DNA of 64,000 nt from Acidobacteria bacterium UBA2990 (GCA_002347025.1 DEAE01000012.1:10022-74021), one strand, 5' to 3'. Numbered from the stretch's first letter, positions 26,516-36,773 are shown. Notes: generated from the letters alone by a model not told the origin. Numbers and translations are program-made.

Positions 26516-27139
26516 TCAACCGGACCGATTCTTTCTACGTTCCCGGGAAAAATTTTTGCCAGCTCGCCCAGCAGAGGAGTTGCCACGGTTTGAACCGTTC
26601 TTCCCCTGACCCGGAGAACTAGCAGACCGACCTGTGTATCCCTCAGCCCTGTTGCCGTTCGGTTCACCATTCCCACGTTCCCAGTTCCTGTGCTTACGTG
26701 CAGATCTTTTTCGACCCTCGTCAGTTTTTTCCCGGATGGTAAACACCGGAGCTTGCCTAACCGGGGGTGGAAGTCCTGCTGGACGCGCAAGGGTAGCTCG
26801 TATGAGCGGGCGTCTTACTGAATCAACATGGGGTTGGACAGGTTCAACCACCATGGGCTGGTCCTCGGTCCCGACGACTTCTGGCTCCATTGCATCCGCC
26901 AAAACTGGAGGACCCACGTTCACTTCGGTCCCAGCACTAGCAACTGGGTCCGTCAATCGCTTTTTGCGACGGGGTGGCACCCTTCCGTCCTTATAGGGAT
27001 GCTCGGAGTCACAAGTCACACACCGAGTCAATTTGATCTCTTCGTCAACCAGAGCCACCACTACATGATTGGAAAGGCGACGCTCACGGGGACAGTAGTC
27101 ATCCAAGACATCACCCAGGCGAACCTGGCGCTGCGGCAT
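26516..27139 (-). CDS. Hypothetical protein: small Cys-containing N-terminal domain plus a long disordered Arg/Gly/Asn-rich tail
   Basis: 207 aa ORF. LGDVLDDYCPRE...CVTCDSEHPY N-terminus. The C-terminal half is low-complexity and basic. Confidence 0.5.
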   Translation of the reverse strand: MPQRQVRLGDVLDDYCPRERRLSNHVVVALVDEEIKLTRCVTCDSEHPYKDGRVPPRRKKRLTDPVASAGTEVNVGPPVLADAMEPEVVGTEDQPMVVEPVQPHVDSVRRPLIRATLARPAGLPPPVRQAPVFTIREKTDEGRKRSARKHRNWERGNGEPNGNRAEGYTGRSASSPGQGKNGSNRGNSSAGRAGKNFSRERRKNRSG

Positions 27140-27371
27140 GAAATCCTCTCAAGTCAAGCAAGAGCAAGCGGGTTGGTCTAATAAACCGGCAGGAACGTCA
27201 GACAGTCGCTCGAGTGTCATCCGCTCAGGGAACACATATTATTATTAGCGAACTTTGTGGAACGGCCCACCGGAACACCTATCACTGGAGCAGGCTACGG
27301 AATCAAAATCGTGTAACACCATTATCGGACGATCCAGGGATGATTTGCGCTGCGCTACTGGTCGGTCATAC

Positions 27372-27389
27372 AAAAAGCTAACCTTAGCT
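27372..27389 (-). terminator. Weak candidate intrinsic terminator after argH
   Basis: The minus strand reads AGCTAAGGTTAGCT followed by TTTTTG, about 90 nt past the argH stop. The stem is short. Confidence 0.3.
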
Positions 27390-27478
27390 CTGGTGGGTTC
27401 GTTGCGTGTTGGAACCATTCTACTACTTCCTAGCCCACTACGTAAACGGTCGATACGCGCGGTCGACTCACGAGCCTG

Positions 27479-28864
27479 TCAGCGCGCCTCCCAAGACCTA
27501 ACCCATTGCCGCACTTCGTCCAGAGCAGCTGCAACAGCATCCGGTTGGGTTGACTGAGGCGTACGCCTAGCAGCTATAGAACCCCGAGCCGTTATTTGAG
27601 CAGCCGCGCCTGCATCAAGCAGAGGATGGTACGCCTGCCAATCTGCGCTATTCAGCGAAGAAAAATCCTGTTGACGTCCTACAAGGTCCCTTACCATGGA
27701 GCCAACTACCTCGTGTGCCTCCCGAAAAGGCACCCCTCCAGCCACAAGCAAATCGGCAACGTCCGTCGCCAAGGCCATTCCACCTGCAGCCTCCTCGGTT
27801 CGCTCAATATCAAGGGAGAGCGTTCCCACCACAATAGTCGTCGCGCGGATTGAACCAGTCAAGCTATCCTCCGCGTCAAAAATGGCCTCCTTGTCTTCCT
27901 GAAGGTCCTTATTGTAGCCACTCGGAAGACCCTTCATAGTGGTCAACCATCCAGTCAGCTGGCCGATGACACGACCAGTCTTCCCACGGACAAGCTCCAG
28001 CGGATCTGGATTCTTCTTTTGAGGCATCAGGCTACTTCCTGTCGTAACCTTGTCGGACAAGCCGAAATAGGCAAACTCCTCGCTTGTCATAATCACGAGG
28101 TCTTCGGCTATTCGACTCAGATGAACCATTGTGATGGCACAAGCGTGAAGGAATCCTGAAACAAAATCTCTGTCTGCCGTCGCATCGAGACTATTAGTCA
28201 CAACCCGGGAAAACCCAAGACGCGCCGCTAGTGCCTCAGTGTCAATGTCATAACTCGAACCGGCTATTGCACCGGAGCCCAGCGGCATTAGATCGGCTTC
28301 GTCGCGCGCAATCTCAAACCGACGGTGATCTCGCCGTAAGGATGCAGCGTGAGCAAGAAAATAATGGGCCACCAGAATAGGTTGGGCCCGCCTTAAGTGC
28401 GTGTAGGACGGCATCACTGCCAACCCAGCGGACTCTGCCTGACTAGCCAATACCTGGATGAGCCCAACTAGTTGGCCCTGTAAGACCTCAATACACCGGC
28501 GAAGATACAAACGGAGGTCAAGCGAAACCTGCTCATTCCTTGATCGACCTGTGTGCAATCGCTTGCCAGCGTCGCCCACCCTTTCGATAAGTTGCCGCTC
28601 AACGAAAGCATGAACATCTTCATCTGGGCCTTCGACAAAGCCAGGATCAGCTCTTCCGCATTCAAGGATCTCAGTCAATCCTTGTTGAATTTCGGTCGCC
28701 TCAACCTTTGATAGTACGCCTGCTCTAGCCAAGGCCTCTGCCCATGCAAGGCTGCCAGTTATGTCGTCCTCAAATAGCCGACGGTCGAAACCAAAAGAAG
28801 CTTGGAATGAAAAAATCTCCTCATCTGGCGCTGAATCAAACCGACCGGACCACATATGAGACAT
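27479..28864 (-). CDS. argH: Argininosuccinate lyase
   Basis: MSHMWSGRF start and the fumarate-lyase signature GSSLMPQKKNPD. The ORF is open to GTG 28876. Confidence 0.92.
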   Translation of the reverse strand: MSHMWSGRFDSAPDEEIFSFQASFGFDRRLFEDDITGSLAWAEALARAGVLSKVEATEIQQGLTEILECGRADPGFVEGPDEDVHAFVERQLIERVGDAGKRLHTGRSRNEQVSLDLRLYLRRCIEVLQGQLVGLIQVLASQAESAGLAVMPSYTHLRRAQPILVAHYFLAHAASLRRDHRRFEIARDEADLMPLGSGAIAGSSYDIDTEALAARLGFSRVVTNSLDATADRDFVSGFLHACAITMVHLSRIAEDLVIMTSEEFAYFGLSDKVTTGSSLMPQKKNPDPLELVRGKTGRVIGQLTGWLTTMKGLPSGYNKDLQEDKEAIFDAEDSLTGSIRATTIVVGTLSLDIERTEEAAGGMALATDVADLLVAGGVPFREAHEVVGSMVRDLVGRQQDFSSLNSADWQAYHPLLDAGAAAQITARGSIAARRTPQSTQPDAVAAALDEVRQWVRSWEAR

Positions 28865-28885
28865 TAGTAGACCCACACCGATGGA

Positions 28886-30091
28886 TTAGTCATTTGAAAT
28901 CGAACTCAAAGATTTTTCAGCCGCCATCTCGACTGGCAATCCCCAAATCTTTATGAATCCCTCTGCTGCACTATGGTCGAATTGGTCTCCCTCGTCATAG
29001 GTAGCCAAGGCCTCTTTATACAATGCATTGGCCGACTCTCGGCCAACGACCTGACTCTTCCCTTTGAAAAGTTTCAGACGAACCGAACCTGTGACATACC
29101 TCTGAACATCAGCCACCAGGGCATCGATTGCTTGACGGGTCGGAGTAAACCAGAGCCCGTTATATACAAGGTCGGCGTAGACCGGCGACAAACTTGCCTT
29201 TAATCTCTCAAGGTCCCTCGGGATAACCAGGCTCTCCAGTTCTCGATGTGCCTGATGAAGCACCACGGCTGCAGGCGCTTCATAAATTTCTCGAGACTTG
29301 ATCCCAACCAGTCGATTCTCCACCATATCGATTCGTCCTACCCCATGGGCACCAGATATAGTCTCAACACTTGAAACCAATTCAACAAGAGGCATCGCCA
29401 CCCCATTGATCGCGGTTGGAACACCTCGGTCGAATTCAATTACCACATAGGCTGGTGTACCTGGGGTTGTGGTCGGGCTTTTCGTCAAGGTATAAACATC
29501 CTCTGGGGGCTCCGTCCAAGGATCTTCGAGCACACCACACTCGATCGATTTTCCCCAAAGATTCGAATCTGTACTGTAAGGACTGTCAACTGTGGCAGGT
29601 ACCGGTATATTACGTTCTTGCGCATAGGCGATCTCAGCAGGCCTTGACATGCCCCATTCTCGAGCAGGGCCAACCACCTTGATTCGAGAGTTCAGTGCGC
29701 GAACCGAAACATCAATCCGTACCTGATCGTTACCTTTACCTGTGCAGCCATGCGCTATTGTTCCCGCTGACTCCATCTCCGCTACTTCTACAAGTCGTTT
29801 CGCAATCAATGGTCGCCCAAGCGCTGTGGCCAGCGGGTACTGTCCCTCATACAAAGCTCCAGCCTGCAAAGCTGGAAGCACGTATTTTTCGGCAAACTCC
29901 TTGCGGACGTCGAGAACATGACACCGGACAGCACCAACCGCCATCGCTCGCTCCCGCACATCATCCAGTTCTTTGCCCTGCCCCAAGTCTAGAGTGACCG
30001 CAACGACCTCGGCCTGATATTTCTCTGCCAACCATGGAATCGCAACAGAAGTGTCTAAGCCACCAGAATAGGCAAGTACGATACGTTCCAT
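28886..30091 (-). CDS. argG: Argininosuccinate synthase
   Basis: AYSGGLDTS PP-loop, GCTGKGNDQVR, and a length of 401 aa. Confidence 0.93.
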   Translation of the reverse strand: MERIVLAYSGGLDTSVAIPWLAEKYQAEVVAVTLDLGQGKELDDVRERAMAVGAVRCHVLDVRKEFAEKYVLPALQAGALYEGQYPLATALGRPLIAKRLVEVAEMESAGTIAHGCTGKGNDQVRIDVSVRALNSRIKVVGPAREWGMSRPAEIAYAQERNIPVPATVDSPYSTDSNLWGKSIECGVLEDPWTEPPEDVYTLTKSPTTTPGTPAYVVIEFDRGVPTAINGVAMPLVELVSSVETISGAHGVGRIDMVENRLVGIKSREIYEAPAAVVLHQAHRELESLVIPRDLERLKASLSPVYADLVYNGLWFTPTRQAIDALVADVQRYVTGSVRLKLFKGKSQVVGRESANALYKEALATYDEGDQFDHSAAEGFIKIWGLPVEMAAEKSLSSISND

Positions 30092-30165
30092 CTACCCAAC
30101 TCCCTCTCTTAAACTGCACAGGACGCGGTCTAACCAAACACAGCTTGACCAGACTGAATTCCGTG

Positions 30166-30615
30166 TCATTTCTTGGCCCATTGCTCCACGCGTCTCACGA
30201 GCACTCGAGCGGTTCGTTCGCTTCTCGTTACAACCAGAATCGTGTCGTCACCTGCCACAGTGCCAACAACCTCTGGCCACGACACTTGATCAAGCGCGAA
30301 TGCCAGTGGCTGCGCCTGTCCCGGATCAGTTTTCAATACCAGCAATTGTTGAACCCGCTCGACTCGACGCAAATATTCTACGACCGCACGACGTGCCCGA
30401 TCATTTTCGGTGGCGGTTGGGACCTCCACCTTAGCTACCTGATAGGCTCCATCGGCTGCACTCTTGACAAGCCCGAGTTCCTTCACATCTCGAGAAATCG
30501 TAGCCTGAGTAGCCTCAATACCGAGCTGAGCAAGTAGCAACCTTAAAGCATTTTGGCTGCGAACAGTCCGCCGTGAAACAAGCTCTAAGATGGTTGACTG
30601 TCGATAATTTTTCAT
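30166..30615 (-). CDS. argR: Arginine repressor
   Basis: TQATISRDVKELGLVK winged helix and C-terminal GTVAGDDTILVV oligomerisation/arginine-binding motif. Confidence 0.9.
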   Translation of the reverse strand: MKNYRQSTILELVSRRTVRSQNALRLLLAQLGIEATQATISRDVKELGLVKSAADGAYQVAKVEVPTATENDRARRAVVEYLRRVERVQQLLVLKTDPGQAQPLAFALDQVSWPEVVGTVAGDDTILVVTRSERTARVLVRRVEQWAKK

Positions 30616-30646
30616 ACTTATTCACAGCTATGAATTAGTATACACC
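30608..30646. promoter_or_regulatory. Tandem ARG boxes (two 18-mers, 3-bp spacer) overlapping the argR start
   Basis: TTTTCATACTTATTCACA and TATGAATTAGTATACACC, compared with consensus TNTGAATWWWWATTCANW. The spacing matches the E. coli paradigm. Confidence 0.6.
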
Positions 30647-30721
30647 CGTCAACAGCCTCTCAAAATGGCCCCACAGTTTTAATTCTGGAATTTCTTTTCG
30701 ATTGACGCCAAAGCCAAGGCA

Positions 30722-30759
30722 AATGTATAAATAAACGCGTGTTAGTATAAATATTCAAT
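30722..30759. promoter_or_regulatory. ARG box pair overlapping the argC start
   Basis: TTAGTATAAATATTCAAT (30742-30759) is a good match to the ARG box consensus. The upstream half-site AATGTATAAATAAACGCG is weaker. Confidence 0.5.
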
Positions 30760-31750
30760 GCCGAAAATTATCAACATTGGGATCGCCGGAGCCACCGGAT
30801 ACGCAGGTCAGGAGCTGATCAAACTAGCTGTGCGACATCAGGGAGTCAAATTAACCACAGCTATGAGTTCAGGCGCTGCCGAAGGCAATCGACATCTGCC
30901 GGCCTTGTCTAAGACATGGGACGGAGAAATTGCCCCGCTTTCAATCGATCAATTAGCAGCTAGGACAGAAGCGGTTTTCTTGGCTCTACCAGACGGGGTA
31001 GCCGCGAAAGTCGGTTCCGAGCTCATTACACGCGGAGTGCGCGTGTTCGACTTGTCCGGTGCGTTCCGCCTCCGGGAAGAAAAGCTGCGAGCCCGCTGGT
31101 ACCCAGACACTCCCAACCTTGCTAATACAGCAGTATACGGGTTAACTGAATACAGTCGCACGGAATTGCCGGCAGCCAGACTCATCGCCTGCCCAGGATG
31201 TTATCCAACGGCTGCTATTTTAGCCTTGCGCCCCTTGTTCGAAGCCGGCCTCTTGGAAGGAGATACCATCATCGACGCTAAGTCAGGAATCTCCGGTGCT
31301 GGAAAGAAGCCATCTGAACGAACTCATTTTTCAGAGTGTCACGGCAACGTGGCCGCCTATGGAGTATTTGCACACCGCCACGGCGCTGAAATTGAACAAG
31401 AATTGGGCCACGCGGTCACCTTCACGCCTCACCTCGTCCCACTGGACCGCGGTATTCTCGAAACGATCTATGTGCGCACACGGGAAGGTGTCAACGAAAC
31501 AGATGTAGCCCATGCATTTCACCAAGCATATCTTGACGCTCCTTTCGTTAGATTGACGGGCGACGCCCTACCAGAGATCAAAAACGTTACTCAGACAAAT
31601 TTTTGTGACATCGGTTGGAAACTAGATGCCAATTCGACACGCCTGCTATTGGTGGCCTGCCTAGATAACCTTGTCAAAGGAGCCGCCGGCCAAGCCTTGC
31701 AGAATCTAAATATAGCCTTTGGACTCGACGAAACGGCCGGACTGTCATGA
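30758..31750 (+). CDS. argC: N-acetyl-gamma-glutamyl-phosphate reductase
   Basis: GATGYAGQEL NAD loop and active-site PGCYPTA. Confidence 0.92.
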   Translation: MPKIINIGIAGATGYAGQELIKLAVRHQGVKLTTAMSSGAAEGNRHLPALSKTWDGEIAPLSIDQLAARTEAVFLALPDGVAAKVGSELITRGVRVFDLSGAFRLREEKLRARWYPDTPNLANTAVYGLTEYSRTELPAARLIACPGCYPTAAILALRPLFEAGLLEGDTIIDAKSGISGAGKKPSERTHFSECHGNVAAYGVFAHRHGAEIEQELGHAVTFTPHLVPLDRGILETIYVRTREGVNETDVAHAFHQAYLDAPFVRLTGDALPEIKNVTQTNFCDIGWKLDANSTRLLLVACLDNLVKGAAGQALQNLNIAFGLDETAGLS

Positions 31751-32556
31751 CACAGAATCCTTTGGTCGTTATCAAACTTGGCGGAGAACTTCTGACGGAC
31801 GCTTCCAAACGCCACGATATGGCTGTGGCAATCGGTAGGCTGACTGCGTCAACCGACCTAGTGGTAATACATGGCGGAGGCCGAGAAATTGACACAGAAT
31901 TGGCAACTCGAGGATGCGCAAAGCAAGCTTTTGACGGTCTAAGACTGACGGATGCTGAGACGCTTGAAGTCGTTGTGAACATACTTGCTGGACGAATCAA
32001 CACCCAGCTGGTCGCGGCGGCTAAACACGCCGGCGTCCGCGCTGTAGGTTTAACAGCAACGGATGCCGGCGTTTCGACCGTGTGTCGGGCCGAGCCTTAC
32101 ACAACCAGTACCGGAACAACAGTCGATCTCGGGTTCGTGGGGCAACCAACTGGTTCAGGAAAACCAGACCTACTACGTCGACTTTGTGATGACCGCTTTA
32201 TCCCAATTGTCGCCAGCATTGGCTCTGACGATACAGGACAGCTACTGAATGTAAACGCCGACACACTAGCCGGACACCTCGCTATACAACTAAAGGCCAC
32301 TCGTCTTCTAATCGCCGGTGGCACGGCTGGAGTACTAGACCAAGAGGGTCAAACCATCCCAGCAGTGAACAAGTTTCTTTTACAACAACTCATTGCGGAT
32401 GGTCGCGCGAGCGCCGGCATGGTGGCCAAACTAATAGCATGTGGTGAAGCTGCACGCAGTGGTGTAAGCAGGGTTGAGATCGTAGATGGTCGCCAAACCG
32501 ACGACCTAAATAATACCAAGGGGACACGAATCGACATACACGAACCTGCGAATTAG
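31747..32556 (+). CDS. argB: Acetylglutamate kinase
   Basis: VIKLGGELL and VVIHGGG motifs. ATGA overlap with argC. Confidence 0.9.
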   Translation: MTQNPLVVIKLGGELLTDASKRHDMAVAIGRLTASTDLVVIHGGGREIDTELATRGCAKQAFDGLRLTDAETLEVVVNILAGRINTQLVAAAKHAGVRAVGLTATDAGVSTVCRAEPYTTSTGTTVDLGFVGQPTGSGKPDLLRRLCDDRFIPIVASIGSDDTGQLLNVNADTLAGHLAIQLKATRLLIAGGTAGVLDQEGQTIPAVNKFLLQQLIADGRASAGMVAKLIACGEAARSGVSRVEIVDGRQTDDLNNTKGTRIDIHEPAN

Positions 32557-32669
32557 GCAAGTAGCTGCTGATATTCCTGCTTGCTCAAGAACCATCGCTA
32601 CCAGACCAACAGCCTTTCCAGACATTGCCATAGGCAAGAGGGGGTTGGTAAAAGATAGAGCAAAATCAG

Positions 32670-33881
32670 ATGAACGAAATGGTATCGCACGAGCGGAACA
32701 TCCAAGAGGTTGAGGCGGAGCACCTGCTCCAAGTGTATCGAAGAATTCCGATCGTGCTCACTCGAGGGGAAGGTAGTTATCTCTACGACATAGACGACCG
32801 AAAGTATCTTGATTTCGTTTCTGGTCTTGGCGTAGCCTCACTAGGCCATTCTCATCAGAAGTTGGCAACGGCTGTCTCGGACCAGGCTAGCAGACTACTC
32901 CACACATCAAACCTCTACTTCCACCCATTACAGGGCCAAGTTGGTCAACGACTAGCTGCCTTATCTGGTCTCCCCCGTGCTTTTTTCTGTAACAGCGGCA
33001 CCGAAGCAGTCGAAGGTTGTCTGAAATTTGCTCGGCGATATTGGTACACACACGGCGACACCAAGCGGACTAGGATCGTAGCACTGGAGCGATCTTTCCA
33101 TGGTCGAACATTCGGTTCGTTGTCAGCAACCTGGGAACCTGCTTATCGGCAGCCCTTCCAACCGCTTCTCCCAGAAGTCAGCTTTGTATCACCAACAGAC
33201 CCACAAGCCCTAGACACAGTTGTAGGCCCAGACGTAGCAGCAATCATTATCGAGCCGATTCAGGGAGAAGGAGGAATTTGGCCGCTGACGCCAGAATTTT
33301 CAACCGCTGTCGACACCGCTTGCTCACGAACGGGCTGCCTACTAATCGCCGACGAAGTCCAATGCGGACTTGGGCGAGCTGGAGTCCCGTTTTACTCATC
33401 AACGCTTGACCTTAAGCCGGACCTGATAGCCATCGGAAAAGCGCTGGGAGCAGGTGTACCAGTCGGAGCCGTACTGATGACTCAAGCAGTAGCAGACGCA
33501 ATTGCCCCAGGGGATCATGGAACAACCTACGGGGGAAATCTTCTCGCCTGCCGGGCGGCTCTAGTGTTCCTTGACGCCATGGAACACGGAGGTCTCGACC
33601 AACTAAAGAAAACATCTGCCTATCTGACTAAGGGCCTGAAATATTTGGCTAAACGTTACCCGGCAATCACCGACATCCGCGGCGCCGGCTTGATGCGTGG
33701 TCTGGAAATGACCACCGATACTGCGCTACACACTGTTGAACGTGCTATGGCTCGAGGCCTATTGATCAACCGTACCGCCGGCCGAGTTGTTCGGCTCCTG
33801 CCGCCGTTGAACGTCTCAGAGCAAGAGATTGACGAAGGGTTGGAAATTCTAGAAATGGTATTAGAAGAGCTCAAATCATGA
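32670..33881 (+). CDS. argD: Acetylornithine aminotransferase
   Basis: Class III aminotransferase blocks: FCNSGTEAVE, LIADEVQCGLGRAG and the PDLIAIGKALG PLP lysine. Confidence 0.9.
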   Translation: MNEMVSHERNIQEVEAEHLLQVYRRIPIVLTRGEGSYLYDIDDRKYLDFVSGLGVASLGHSHQKLATAVSDQASRLLHTSNLYFHPLQGQVGQRLAALSGLPRAFFCNSGTEAVEGCLKFARRYWYTHGDTKRTRIVALERSFHGRTFGSLSATWEPAYRQPFQPLLPEVSFVSPTDPQALDTVVGPDVAAIIIEPIQGEGGIWPLTPEFSTAVDTACSRTGCLLIADEVQCGLGRAGVPFYSSTLDLKPDLIAIGKALGAGVPVGAVLMTQAVADAIAPGDHGTTYGGNLLACRAALVFLDAMEHGGLDQLKKTSAYLTKGLKYLAKRYPAITDIRGAGLMRGLEMTTDTALHTVERAMARGLLINRTAGRVVRLLPPLNVSEQEIDEGLEILEMVLEELKS

Positions 33882-34408
33882 GCAATCGTCACGCGGCTGC
33901 GCGACCAACACTAACTTCAATTCGACTCGCAAATCAGGCAGACGCGACTGCTATAAACAAATTGGTGACTGCCAATGTTGGCCTAGGTCAGTTGCTACCT
34001 CGTTCAGCAGAGGATATTCAACGAAATGTGGCACGTTTTGTGGTAGCCACGAAGGGTAGCTTAATTGTAGGGTGCGGAGAATTGGCCCCTTTGAGCGACA
34101 CTCTTTCTGAAATCAGGTCGCTCGTGGTATCCATTGAAGCACGTGGTTGTGGAATCGGTAGCGAAATCTTGGGCTCATTAGTGACAATGGGACGTCAAAA
34201 AAATCTACCGCGCCTCTGCGCTTTCACCCACGTTCCCCATCCTTTTGTTTCGCTGGGTTTTTCAATCGTACCGCACACATGGCTTCCCGAAAAGATCATG
34301 ACTGATTGCCAACGCTGTGACTGGTTCAGGCGATGCGAACAATATGCCGTAGTTAACGAGTTGAGCTGGGGACAAAGCGGTCCACGAGGAACCGCAAGGA
34401 CAATCTGA
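33878..34408 (+). CDS. GNAT N-acetyltransferase embedded in the arg operon (short-form N-acetylglutamate synthase candidate)
   Basis: Acetyl-CoA loop SIEARGCGIGSEIL. It is translationally coupled to argD (4-nt overlap) and argJ (TGATG overlap). Confidence 0.7.
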   Translation: MSNRHAAARPTLTSIRLANQADATAINKLVTANVGLGQLLPRSAEDIQRNVARFVVATKGSLIVGCGELAPLSDTLSEIRSLVVSIEARGCGIGSEILGSLVTMGRQKNLPRLCAFTHVPHPFVSLGFSIVPHTWLPEKIMTDCQRCDWFRRCEQYAVVNELSWGQSGPRGTARTI

Positions 34409-35610
34409 TGGTTGAGCGCATCGAAGGTGGCATCACGGCACCGATTGGATTCAAGGCCGCTGGAGTCAAGTGCGGGATCAAACCTGCTAATCGCGACCTC
34501 GCTCTGGTGGTAGCTTCAACACCAGCGCAGGCCGCCGGCATCTTCACGACAAACCTTGCTGAAGCGGCCCCAGTGGTTGTCACCAGAGACCACTTGAAAC
34601 GTTCAGGTGGAATCGCCACAGCCATCGTCACTAATAGCGGGTGCGCTAATGCATGCACCGGCCAACAAGGACTAGTCTCCGCCCGCACAATGGCTACGGA
34701 CACAGCCACCCTGATTGGGTGTCCGGAAGAACAGGTTCTCGTCGCCTCAACCGGAGTGATCGGAACCCAACTTAACGCCGACAAGCTGCGAAAAGGCATA
34801 ACGATAGCAGCTCGTGATTTAAACACCGAAGGTCACGCTGCAGCAGCAGAAGCCATCATGACAACGGATTTGAAACCAAAAATCTCAGCCGCTCGAGTCG
34901 TTACTCAAGCCGGGAGTTTCCATGTTGGCGGAATGGCCAAGGGCTCAGGCATGATCGAACCTAATATGGCCACCATGCTCGGGTTCTTGACGACTGATGC
35001 CGGTGTGGAATCGAGCTTACTCCATCGTGCTGTTGCGGACGCCGCAGAGACAACCTTCAACGCTATTACGGTCGACGGTGAAACGTCGACGAACGACATG
35101 GTCTTGATGCTAGCTGGAGGACACTCAGGAGTCCAAATAGAAGATTCTGAATATTCATTATTTGTAGAAGCAGTACATGCAGTCTGTCACGAATTGGCAC
35201 AAGCCATCGTGAAAGATGGCGAAGGCGCAACAAAATTAGTTGCAGTCACAGTCACTGGGGCTAATACGCAGCATGAAGCAAAACATGCCGCCAGAGCCAT
35301 CGCTAATTCTCCACTAGTTAAAACCGCTGTCCACGGAGGTGACCCCAATTGGGGCCGCATTGTAGCCGTCGCCGGACGCTCAGGTGTTGGGTTTGATCTC
35401 ACCCACGCAAGAGTACATATAGGTGACGTGGAGCTCTTCAGCGACGAACAGATCTTCGATGAACGAGAACCCGAAGCAGCACAGCATCTCGGTGGAAACG
35501 AGGTCGCTATTTCTATCGACTTGGGCATGGGCGGCTCAGGTGTCGCGACCGTCTGGACATGCGACCTCAGTGCCGAATACGTCCGCATCAATGGAGATTA
35601 CAGAACATAG
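34408..35610 (+). CDS. argJ: Bifunctional ornithine acetyltransferase / N-acetylglutamate synthase
   Basis: GFKAAGVKCGIK, the autoproteolytic site region MATMLGFLTTDA, and the C-terminal INGDYRT. Confidence 0.92.
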   Translation: MVERIEGGITAPIGFKAAGVKCGIKPANRDLALVVASTPAQAAGIFTTNLAEAAPVVVTRDHLKRSGGIATAIVTNSGCANACTGQQGLVSARTMATDTATLIGCPEEQVLVASTGVIGTQLNADKLRKGITIAARDLNTEGHAAAAEAIMTTDLKPKISAARVVTQAGSFHVGGMAKGSGMIEPNMATMLGFLTTDAGVESSLLHRAVADAAETTFNAITVDGETSTNDMVLMLAGGHSGVQIEDSEYSLFVEAVHAVCHELAQAIVKDGEGATKLVAVTVTGANTQHEAKHAARAIANSPLVKTAVHGGDPNWGRIVAVAGRSGVGFDLTHARVHIGDVELFSDEQIFDEREPEAAQHLGGNEVAISIDLGMGGSGVATVWTCDLSAEYVRINGDYRT

Positions 35611-35740
35611 CCGCCTAACCACGAGACCGATAACTAAGACTGATACTAAAACCTTGGGCCCCAATGCAGTGATGGGCCAAAGACATTGAAGCGAGACGAT
35701 CTAGACAGACCAGCCCTCCTCTGCCACCCTGGACACCAAT

Positions 35741-36736
35741 ATGGATACCGGAGACACTAACCTTTCGAATTCAGACAACCGTAGTCTTTCTCCAAGTGTC
35801 ACCCCTATTCGGACGTATCTTTCCGTACTCGATTTAACTCCAGACTCACTCGAGGCATGTCTGGGAGTCGCCGAACGACTTAAACAAGAACGCCGCATGG
35901 GGTTTAGTGCTCCGACAACCTCGGCATTGTCCGGGCATTCCCTAGCACTGTTGTTCGACAAGCCTTCACTGCGAACTCGAACGGGCTTTGAAATCGCAAT
36001 GAGAGAACTTGGGGGAACCGTTACCTGTCCACCGTCAGCCGATGCGCTCGGCACTCGCGAAGAGCTCGCAGATGTCGCAAGGACACTTGAACGATGGGTA
36101 TCGGTCGCAGCAATCCGAACGTTTGAACAATCTCGTTTGTATGAGTTCGTCAAAGCCACAACCAAACTTCGCATAGTGAATGCCCTGACAAATGAAGAAC
36201 ATCCGTGTCAAGCATTAGCCGACTGCCTGACTATCAAGGAGCGCTGCGGGAGCGTTCAGGGACAAACACTGGCCTATATTGGTGACGGTAACAATGTAGC
36301 AACTTCACTCACCCACGCCGCAAGCATGCTCGGGTTGAACCTACGACTTGCTTCTCCGAAAGACTACTCTCTGCCTGAAGAAAGCCTGGCAGCAGCTCGC
36401 CAAGCAGCCAGACACGGAGCAGAAATCCTACAATTTGACGATCCGGTTGAAGCGGTTCGTGGTGCAGACGCTGTTTACACTGACGTTTGGACTTCAATGG
36501 GACAAGAGGTGGAGGCATCACACCGACGCGATGCTTTTTCGGGATATCGGGTGACCGACTCTTTAATGAACGAAGCCAATCCTGATGCTTTTTTCATGCA
36601 TTGTCTTCCTGCGCACCGTGGAGAAGAGGTTGACCCTGCAGTCATTGATGGTGCCAGGTCTGCCGTCTTTGACCAAGCCGAGAACCGGCTTCACACCCAA
36701 AAAGCGCTCTTACTAATGATGCTCCAGAAGATTTAA
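35741..36736 (+). CDS. argF: Ornithine carbamoyltransferase
   Basis: PSLRTRTGFE carbamoyl-phosphate motif, HPCQ and HCLPAHRGEE. There is an unusually long N-terminal extension if ATG 35741 is used. Confidence 0.9.
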   Translation: MDTGDTNLSNSDNRSLSPSVTPIRTYLSVLDLTPDSLEACLGVAERLKQERRMGFSAPTTSALSGHSLALLFDKPSLRTRTGFEIAMRELGGTVTCPPSADALGTREELADVARTLERWVSVAAIRTFEQSRLYEFVKATTKLRIVNALTNEEHPCQALADCLTIKERCGSVQGQTLAYIGDGNNVATSLTHAASMLGLNLRLASPKDYSLPEESLAAARQAARHGAEILQFDDPVEAVRGADAVYTDVWTSMGQEVEASHRRDAFSGYRVTDSLMNEANPDAFFMHCLPAHRGEEVDPAVIDGARSAVFDQAENRLHTQKALLLMMLQKI

Positions 36737-36773
36737 CCGAGTCGAGCCATAAGGCCAATTTCCCAGCTTATTT

